Of a stretch of 64,000 bases of DNA, positions 15,902 through 26,597 are shown one piece after another (position 1 is the first letter of the stretch; the number at the start of each line of letters is the position of its first letter). The DNA comes from Octopus vulgaris (taxonomy: Eukaryota), in NCBI GenBank assembly GCA_951406725.2, contig OX597822.1:77624001-77688000 (forward strand). The letters run 5' to 3'. The notes beneath the pieces are model-generated. The model saw nothing but the letters and a program-made list of their open reading frames with translations. It was not told the DNA's origin and did no database searches. Both the position numbers and the translations under genes were made by a program.

Positions 15902-15929
15902 GTACTTTTATGTTTCTCTCTCACCCACA

Positions 15930-18900
15930 ATGGCTAAGCTGGGTTGTATAAATGTACGTGGAATGGGGTCGAAACGGAAACAAATTTGTTTCCTGAACGA
16001 CCTCACAACACACGGTGTAGATATTGCTATTGCAACCGAGTCCAAGATGAGCGAGACCCAAGCGTTCTCGCCTCTTCTAAATGGTTTTGAGAAATTTATT
16101 TCTCCTAGCCGAGGAAGAGGCAGAGGCGTGGCAGTCTTCATCAGGAAGAGCTTGGACTTGCAGGTAAGTACTGTCTTTCTGGACCCAGAAGGCAGGCTGG
16201 TTGTCCTGGATGTGACTCACGTAAGTAAACAGTCCTTCAGGTTGGTAGCTGTCTACGCCCCGAACGAGGGTAGACAGACGGGTTTTTTTCGGAACCTGGA
16301 GCCCTTTTTAGCGACGTCGAAAACAGTAATCCTAGTAGGGGACTTTAACACTGTCCTTGAAGCGCACATCGACAATGTTGGCTCAACCAATAGGAAGGGG
16401 AACCCTAGCCTCAAGGGTCTACTAGAGAGCTTTGATCTAGTGGACCGTTACCGACTGGATGAGCCGAGCGTTCCACAGTGGACGTGGAGTAACAACGACG
16501 GCTCACACAGATCGTATCTAGATAGGATATTTATTAAGAAAAGAGATAAGGATACGTTTAGTTGTCCACAATTTCATATTGTACCTTACTCGGATCACAA
16601 ATTTGTGACGTGTGAGGTGCAATTGGACAAGTGTCATAGACAGGGACCCGGGTACTGGAAGCTGAACAAGGCTATTTTGAATTGTGAAGACTTCCGTACC
16701 CGGATTAAGGTGTTAGTTCAGAGGGCATTGTGTGGCGCCATCATTAACAATAGATGGTGGCACGCCCTCAAAAGAGCCATTCGTTTAGAGTCCGTTAGAT
16801 TTAGCAATCAGCTAAGGATAGATAGGGCTAGTCTAGAGGGCGATTTAGTTAAGAATCTAGACGAGGCAATGGAAGCTGGCTCTGCATCCGGAGTGTTGGC
16901 GGCAAGGACGGTATTGTACCGCCACCTTAACTCCAAACACGAAGGTTGCAGAGTCAGAGCTAAGCTGCGCGCTGGGAAACGAGAAGGTATTAACGTGGCC
17001 GGATGGGCCCGTCGTGTGGAGAGTCAGAGAGGCAACAGAGCCTCAATCAAATCTTTGACTGACGAACAGGGACAAAAGATCTATGGACAGGAGGAGATGC
17101 AAAAGTTTCTTCACCAGCATTTCGCTCGCGTGTTCGGGGGTGGTGGTTCGCTGGATCGGGGAGGGCCTTAAAGGACTTCCTAGCCGGCGGACCGCGGCTC
17201 GCGGGGCGTGAGGTGGAGTGCTGTGAAGGAGCGATCACTCCCGCGGAGATAAGGGAAATACTGGCCGGATGCGCCGGGGAGAAGTCGCCGGGGTTGGATG
17301 GTCTGCCCTATGAGTTTTACCAAAGTATGCCGGACTTGTTCGGGGAATACTGGCGGGCGTCTACACGAACTGGCAGCAGAATGGGAGAATTCCCAGTTCT
17401 GTAAGCCGGGGAGTGGTGACGCTAATCCAGAAAGACCCGAGCAAGGGGGATAACATCAGTAACTACAGGCCCATAACTCTACTTAATGTAGAGTTAAAGA
17501 TTTTGGCCAAGGTGTTGGCAAAAAGGTTGACGGTTGTCGTGGAGAAACTTGTAGGGAGAGCACAGACATGTGCAATTCCAGGCAGGTCGATCCAGGACAA
17601 CCTTCACCTTATACGCTATACCTTAGATAGGGTGGGTAAATTAGCCGGCAAAGGCGGGGTAATGGTCCATTTAGACCAAAGTAAAGCCTTCGATAGGGTA
17701 GACCATGGGTACCTGGCGACGGTCCTCGAAGCGGCTGGGCTGGGCCCTGTATTTCGCGGGTGGATCTCCGCTATGTATAGCGGCATCAAGTCCACCGTCC
17801 AGATAAACGGTTACCTAACGGAACCGTTTTCGATCGAGTGTTCAGTGCGTCAGGGGTGCCCCTTGTCACCACTTTTGTACGTATTGGCTCTTGAGCCATT
17901 GCTGCGAAAGTTGGAGAGGCTGGGGAGTAACTCGGATGAAATCGGAGGTGGGAGGACGGTTACTGCTTATGCGGATGACGTCACCCTCATCGTGTCCAAA
18001 GAGGCCCAACTACCTTGTGTAGAGGAGGCTATCAGAGGATACGAGGCGGTGGCAGGAGCAAAGGTTAACAAGGACAAATCGGTTGGCTTGCGCCTCGGCA
18101 CCTGGAGGAGCAAGTCGATATCGTCCAGTGTCGTGGGACACTGGACGGATGGCCCTGTTAAGTTGCTGGGAGTTTGGTTCGGGCCAGACTCCCAAACGGA
18201 GAAGAACTGGAGCGAGGTGACAAGCAAGGTGGAAGCCATAGTACGGACCTGGTCCGGAAGGTTTCTGTCCTTGAAAGGAAAGGCGGAGGTGGTGCAGATG
18301 TTCATTGCATCTGTAATCACCTACCGCCTGACCGTTGTCCCTTGCCCCGATTCATGGCTTAACAAGTTGGAGCGAATCCTTTTCCGCTTTTTGTGGAAAG
18401 GAGGAAGGCCACTTGTGAGGCGCTCCGTTTGCTGCCAGGAACCGTTAAAGGGTGGGCTAGGAATGCCTTGGTTGATGATGCGCAGACATGCGTTGAGGCT
18501 AAGGCATCTCTGGCACCACCTGGAGGGTGATAAGGTGTGGAGTCCGCTGGCAGGGGGATTTTTCCCGAGACCGGCCTCCTTAGTGAATTTTAAACCCGGT
18601 TACATCAAAAGATGGAAACTGACTCCATGGCAAAAGGAGTGCCGACAGGCACTCACGCTGATCCACAAGGCGGGCAAGGCCGGCTGCGGAAATACCACCT
18701 CGGTATTTTATAGAGGGCTGGTAGAGGCAAAAAACGACGACGTCCTAGGAGGGGCTCTGGGGTTTGATGAAGACCAGCTTGCCAACCTGTTTAAAAAACT
18801 TTCAGGTCGGGGTATTTGGATAATTTCCAAAGATCCCTGGCCTGGCAGTGCTATAGGAATGCTTTACCTGTTCGCGAGAAGTTATCGCGGCACGGAGTTT

Positions 18901-19316
18901 CAGTGCCACCGACGTGTCCAAGGTGCGAGTTGGACGATGAAACCGTCCAGCACGCTTTTGTTCACTGTCGGAAGTTGTCCGACTTGATAAGTTACGCAGA
19001 ACACGTGTTATCGCATCTGGGACGAGTACAGCTGTCGGCTGAGTCTATGATTAAGATGATACCGCCAACTGGACTCTCGAAGGAAGGTGAGGCATGTTTT
19101 CACTGCACGGTTGCAGTAGTAAAGGAATGCATGTGGAGAACGAGAATGGAAGGAGCCGCGATAGGATCCTTTGTCTCCGGCCCCAGCTTGCTCACTTACT
19201 TCAGATATCATCTGAAGAGCAAAATGGGGCTGGAAAAGAGGATCTTACCGCGGGGTGTGTATGAGAAAAGATGGAAGGAAGTGGAAAGAAAGGTGGGTGT
19301 CAGAAACCCAGCTTGA
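15930..19316 (+). CDS. Tx1-like ORF2: AP endonuclease, reverse transcriptase, C-terminal CCHC; broken by ~3 frameshifts (~17160, ~17345, ~18795)
   Basis: APE motifs CINVRG, VGDFN, YLDRIF, SDH; RT motifs SPGLDG, YRPITLLN, DQSKAFD, RQGCPLSP, AYADD, KLLGV; CPRCELDDETVQHAFVHC. Pieces are ORFs 15930-17171, 17213-17404, 17413-18987 and 18816-19316. Confidence 0.92.
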
Positions 19317-22300
19317 CCATGGAGGAGAGAGAGGAAGTGGAAGCTGCAGGGCCTCATAAATTGCCGGGGTGTAAAAACTCCAGTGAGACTACAAGTTCAT
19401 CTACTGTTGTTTGTTATACTGGTTATGCAAAGGATATTATTTTATAATGAATCTAAACAAAATTTTTAATCGAATCTCTTAAATGTTTTTTGTATGTATG
19501 TCCTGTATTTGTCCTTCTGTGTATCGATTTTCATAATCTTAATAAAGAAATACCCACTCGCTTCAAAATATCTAAAGAATACGCACAGATCATGAATGGC
19601 TAAAAGTTAAGTGAATCGTTCAACCTCGCTACGACTACCTTCTTTCTTGCACTTATCCTTACTCTTTCTCTATTCTTCAATTTCCATCTCATTGTATTGT
19701 CCCTCATTCTTTCAGTATTCCCTCATTACCCTGTCTAGCTCAAACATTTTTTTCGTTTAGACTTGTCTCCAGGTTCATAGCCACTCTGATTTTTCAATTT
19801 TTCAATTTTTCGTTTAGTATTGTCTCCCGATTCATACTAACCCATTTGCTAGCTCACGATTAACAGAACCTCTTTACTCAGCTACGGTGTTATATTAGCT
19901 ATCAATAATGATATTCCCTCTGATTTTTCTGATTTTCAAACCTATTTATCTAATGTTTATTTATCGACAATGCCGTCCCCAGTCAAATTCCCTCACACCG
20001 CTTATTGTCACGTGTCCCTTGACCTCTCTCTCTAACTAACCCTATCTCTCTCTCGCTATGTTCCCCCTTCCCATAACCATCATCGCCATGGTCCTCTATG
20101 CCCCCCCACTCCCCAAAACCACCATCGCCATACATAAAAGAGCGATCGCATTTATCGTTAACCCCACTCGCTTCAAAATATCTAAAGAATACGCACAGAT
20201 CATGAATGGCTAAAAGTTAAGTGAATCGTTCAACCTCGCTACGACTACCTTCTTTCTTGCACTTATCCTTACTCTTTCTCTATTCTTCAATTTCCATCTC
20301 ATTGTATTGTCCCTCATTCTTTCAGTATTCCCTCATTACCCTGTCTAGCTCAAACATTTTTTTCGTTTAGACTTGTCTCCAGGTTCATAGCCACTCTGAT
20401 TTTTCAATTTTTCGTTTAGTATTGTCTCCCGATTCATACTAACCCATTTGCTAGCTCACGATTAACAGAACCTCTTTACTCAGCTACGGTGTTATATTAG
20501 CTATCAATAATGATATTCCCTCTGATTTTTCTGATTTTCAAACCTATTTATCTAATGTTTATTTATCGACAATGCCGTCCCCAGTCAAATTCCCTCACAC
20601 CGCTTATTGTCACGTGTCCCTTGACCTCTCTCTCTAACTAACCCTATCTCTCTCTCGCTATGTTCCCCCCTTCCCATAACCATCATCGCCATGGTCCTCT
20701 ATGCCCCCCCCCACTCCCCAAAACCATCATCGCCATACATAAAAGAGCGATCGCATTTATCGTTAACCCCACTCGCTTCAAAATATCTAAAGAATACGCA
20801 TAGATCATGAATGGCTAAAAGTTAAGTGAATCGTTCAACCTCGCTACGACTACCTTCTTTCTTGCACTTATCCTCACTCTTTCTCTATTCTTCAATTTCC
20901 ATCTCATTGTATTGTCCCTCATTCTTTCAGTATTCCCTCATTACCCTGTCTAGCTCAAACATTTTTTTCGTTTAGACTTGTCTCCAGGTTCATAGCCACT
21001 CTGATTTTTCAATTTTTCAATTTTTCGTTTAGTATTGTCTCCCGATTCATACTAACCCATTTGCTAGCTCACGATTAACAGAACCTCTTTACTCAGCTAC
21101 GGTGTTATATTAGCTATCAATAATGATATTCCCTCTGATTTTTCTGATTTTCAAACCTATTTATCTAATGTTTATTTATCGACAATGCCGTCCCCAGTCA
21201 AATTCCCTCACACCGCTTATTGTCACGTGTCCCTTGACCTCTCTCTCTAACTAACCCTATCTCTCTCTCGCTATGTTCCCCCCTTCCCATAACCATCATC
21301 GCCATGGTCCTCTATGCCCCCCCCCACTCCCCAAAACCATCATCGCCATACATAAAAGAGCGATCGCATTTATCGTTAACCCCACTCGCTTCAAAATATC
21401 TAAAGAATACGCACAGATCATGAATGGCTAAAAGTTAAGTGAATCGTTCAACCTCGCTACGACTACCTTCTTTCTTGCACTTATCCTTACTCTTTCTCTA
21501 TTCTTCAATTTCCATCTCATTGTATTGTCCCTCATTCTTTCAGTATTCCCTCATTACCCTGTCTAGCTCAAACATTTTTTTTCGTTTAGACTTGTCTCCA
21601 GGTTCATAGCCACTCTGATTTTTCAATTTTTCAATTTTTCGTTTAGTATTGTCTCCCGATTCATACTAACCCATTTGCTAGCTCACGATTAACAGAACCT
21701 CTTTACTCAGCTACGGTGTTATATTAGCTATCAATAATGATATTCCCTCTGATTTTTCTGATTTTCAAACCTATTTATCTAATGTTTATTTATCGACAAT
21801 GCCGTCCCCAGTCAAATTCCCTCACACCGCTTATTGTCACGTGTCCCTTGACCTCTCTCTCTAACTAACCCTATCTCTCTCTCGCTATGTTCCCCCCTTC
21901 CCATAACCATCATCGCCATGGTCCTCTATGCCCCCCCCACTCCCCAAAACCATCATCGCCATACATAAAAGAGCGATCGCATTTATCGTTAACCCCACTC
22001 GCTTCAAAATATCTAAAGAATACGCACAGATCATGAATGGCTAAAAGTTAAGTGAATCGTTCAACCTCGCTACGACTACCTTCTTTCTTGCACTTATCCT
22101 CACTCTTTCTCTATTCTTCAATTTCCATCTCATTGTATTGTCCCTCATTCTTTCAGTATTCCCTCATTACCCTGTCTAGCTCAAACATTTTTTTCGTTTA
22201 GACTTGTCTCCAGGTTCATAGCCACTCTGATTTTTCAATTTTTCAATTTTTCGTTTAGTATTGTCTCCCGATTCATACTAACCCATTTGCTAGCTCACGA

Positions 22301-25300
22301 TTAACAGAACCTCTTTACTCAGCTACGGTGTTATATTAGCTATCAATAATGATATTCCCTCTGATTTTTCTGATTTTCAAACCTATTTATCTAATGTTTA
22401 TTTATCGACAATGCCGTCCCCAGTCAAATTCCCTCACACCGCTTATTGTCACGTGTCCCTTGACCTCTCTCTCTAACTAACCCTATCTCTCTCTCGCTAT
22501 GTTCCCCCTTCCCATAACCATCATCGCCATGGTCCTCTATGCCCCCCCCACTCCCCAAAACCATCATCGCCATACATAAAAGAGCGATCGCATTTATCGT
22601 TAACCCCACTCGCTTCAAAATATCTAAAGAATACGCACAGATCATGAATGGCTAAAAGTTAAGTGAATCGTTCAACCTCGCTACGACTACCTTCTTTCTT
22701 GCACTTATCCTCACTCTTTCTCTATTCTTCAATTTCCATCTCATTGTATTGTCCCTCATTCTTTCAGTATTCCCTCATTACCCTGTCTAGCTCAAACATT
22801 TTTTTCGTTTAGACTTGTCTCCAGGTTCATAGCCACTCTGATTTTTCAATTTTTCAATTTTTCGTTTAGTATTGTCTCCCGATTCATACTAACCCATTTG
22901 CTAGCTCACGATTAACAGAACCTCTTTACTCAGCTACGGTGTTATATTAGCTATCAATAATGATATTCCCTCTGATTTTTCTGATTTTCAAACCTATTTA
23001 TCTAATGTTTATTTATCGACAATGCCGTCCCCAGTCAAATTCCCTCACACCGCTTATTGTCACGTGTCCCTTGACCTCTCTCTCTAACTAACCCTATCTC
23101 TCTCTCGCTATGTTCCCCCCTTCCCATAACCATCATCGCCATGGTCCTCTATGCCCCCCCCCCACTCCCCAAAACCATCATCGCCATACATAAAAGAGCG
23201 ATCGCATTTATCGTTAACCCCACTCGCTTCAAAATATCTAAAGAATACGCACAGATCATGAATGGCTAAAAGTTAAGTGAATCGTTCAACCTCGCTACGA
23301 CTACCTTCTTTCTTGCACTTATCCTTACTCTTTCTCTATTCTTCAATTTCCATCTCATTGTATTGTCCCTCATTCTTTCAGTATTCCCTCATTACCCTGT
23401 CTAGCTCAAACATTTTTTTACGTTTAGACTTGTCTCCAGGTTCATAGCCACTCTGATTTTTCAATTTTTCAATTTTTCGTTTAGTATTGTCTCCCGATTC
23501 ATACTAACCCATTTGCTAGCTCACGATTAACAGAACCTCTTTACTCAGCTACGGTGTTATATTAGCTATCAATAATGATATTCCCTCTGATTTTTCTGAT
23601 TTTCAAACCTATTTATCTAATGTTTATTTATCGACAATGCCGTCCCCAGTCAAATTCCCTCACACCGCTTATTGTCACGTGTCCCTTGACCTCTCTCTCT
23701 AACTAACCCTATCTCTCTCTCGCTATGTTCCCCCCTTCCCATAACCATCATCGCCATGGTCCTCTATGCCCCCCCCACTCCCCAAAACCATCATCGCCAT
23801 ACATAAAAGAGCGATCGCATTTATCGTTAACCCCACTCGCTTCAAAATATCTAAAGAATACGCACAGATCATGAATGGCTAAAAGTTAAGTGAATCGTTC
23901 AACCTCGCTACGACTACCTTCTTTCTTGCACTTATCCTTACTCTTTCTCTATTCTTCAATTTCCATCTCATTGTATTGTCCCTCATTACCCTGTCTAGCT
24001 CAAACATTTTTTTTCGTTTAGACTTGTCTCCAGGTTCATAGCCACTCTGATTTTTCAATTTTTCAATTTTTCGTTTAGTATTGTCTCCCGATTCATACTA
24101 ACCCATTTGCTAGCTCACGATTAACAGAACCTCTTTACTCAGCTACGGTGTTATATTAGCTATCAATAATGATATTCCCTCTGATTTTTCTGATTTTCAA
24201 ACCTATTTATCTAATGTTTATTTATCGACAATGCCGTCCCCAGTCAAATTCCCTCACACCGCTTATTGTCACGTGTCCCTTGACCTCTCTCTCTAACTAA
24301 CCCTATCTCTCTCTCGCTATGTTCCCCCTTCCCATAACCATCATCGCCATGGTCCTCTATGCCCCCCCCCCACTCCCCAAAACCATCATCGCCATACATA
24401 AAAGAGCGATCGCATTTATCGTTAACCCCACTCGCTTCAAAATATCTAAAGAATACGCACAGATCATGAATGGCTAAAAGTTAAGTGAATCGTTCAACCT
24501 CGCTACGACTACCTTCTTTCTTGCACTTATCCTTACTCTTTCTCTATTCTTCAATTTCCATCTCATTGTATTGTCCCTCATTCTTTCAGTATTCCCTCAT
24601 TACCCTGTCTAGCTCAAACATTTTTTTTCGTTTAGACTTGTCTCCAGGTTCATAGCCACTCTGATTTTTCAATTTTTCAATTTTTCGTTTAGTATTGTCT
24701 CCCGATTCATACTAACCCATTTGCTAGCTCACGATTAACAGAACCTCTTTACTCAGCTACGGTGTTATATTAGCTATCAATAATGATATTCCCTCTGATT
24801 TTTCTGATTTTCAAACCTATTTATCTAATGTTTATTTATCGACAATGCCGTCCCCAGTCAAATTCCCTCACACCGCTTATTGTCACGTGTCCCTTGACCT
24901 CTCTCTCTAACTAACCCTATCTCTCTCTCGCTATGTTCCCCCCTTCCCATAACCATCATCGCCATGGTCCTCTATGCCCCCCCCACTCCCCAAAACCATC
25001 ATCGCCATACATAAAAGAGCGATCGCATTTATCGTTAACCCCACTCGCTTCAAAATATCTAAAGAATACGCACAGATCATGAATGGCTAAAAGTTAAGTG
25101 AATCGTTCAACCTCGCTACGACTACCTTCTTTCTTGCACTTATCCTTACTCTTTCTCTATTCTTCAATTTCCATCTCATTGTATTGTCCCTCATTCTTTC
25201 AGTATTCCCTCATTACCCTGTCTAGCTCAAACATTTTTTTTCGTTTAGACTTGTCTCCAGGTTCATAGCCACTCTGATTTTTCAATTTTTCAATTTTTCG

Positions 25301-26597
25301 TTTAGTATTGTCTCCCGATTCATACTAACCCATTTGCTAGCTCACGATTAACAGAACCTCTTTACTCAGCTACGGTGTTATATTAGCTATCAATAATGAT
25401 ATTCCCTCTGATTTTTCTGATTTTCAAACCTATTTATCTAATGTTTATTTATCGACAATGCCGTCCCCAGTCAAATTCCCTCACACCGCTTATTGTCACG
25501 TGTCCCTTGACCTCTCTCTCTAACTAACCCTATCTCTCTCTCGCTATGTTCCCCCCTTCCCATAACCATCATCGCCATGGTCCTCTATGCCCCCCCCACT
25601 CCCCAAAACCATCATCGCCATACATAAAAGAGCGATCGCATTTATCGTTAACCCCACTCGCTTCAAAATATCTAAAGAATACGCACAGATCATGAATGGC
25701 TAAAAGTTAAGTGAATCGTTCAACCTCGCTACGACTACCTTCTTTCTTGCACTTATCCTCACTCTTTCTCTATTCTTCAATTTCCATCTCATTGTATTGT
25801 CCCTCATTCTTTCAGTATTCCCTCATTACCCTGTCTAGCTCAAACATTTTTTTCGTTTAGACTTGTCTCCAGGTTCATAGCCACTCTGATTTTTCAATTT
25901 TTCAATTTTTCGTTTAGTATTGTCTCCCGATTCATACTAACCCATTTGCTAGCTCACGATTAACAGAACCTCTTTACTCAGCTACGGTGTTATATTAGCT
26001 ATCAATAATGATATTCCCTCTGATTTTTCTGATTTTCAAACCTATTTATCTAATGTTTATTTATCGACAATGCCGTCCCCAGTCAAATTCCCTCACACCG
26101 CTTATTGTCACGTGTCCCTTGACCTCTCTCTCTAACTAACCCTATCTCTCTCTCGCTATGTTCCCCCCTTCCCATAACCATCATCGCCATGGTCCTCTAT
26201 GCCCCCCCCACTCCCCAAAACCATCATCGCCATACATAAAAGAGCGATCGCATTTATCGTTAACCCCACTCGCTTCAAAATATCTAAAGAATACGCACAG
26301 ATCATGAATGGCTAAAAGTTAAGTGAATCGTTCAACCTCGCTACGACTACCTTCTTTCTTGCACTTATCCTCACTCTTTCTCTATTCTTCAATTTCCATC
26401 TCATTGTATTGTCCCTCATTCTTTCAGTATTCCCTCATTACCCTGTCTAGCTCAAACATTTTTTTCGTTTAGACTTGTCTCCAGGTTCATAGCCACTCTG
26501 ATTTTTCAATTTTTCAATTTTTCGTTTAGTATTGTCTCCCGATTCATACTAACCCATTTGCTAGCTCACGATTAACAGAACCTCTTTACTCAGCTAT

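Larger units (their letters stand above)
14280..19552 (+). mobile_element. Full-length Tx1/L1-clade non-LTR retrotransposon with 16-bp TSD
   Basis: TSD CCCACTCGCTTCAAAA at 14264-14279 and 19553-19568; ORF1 with CCHC knuckle; ORF2 APE-RT-zinc finger; AATAAA at 19541-19546. Confidence 0.93.
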
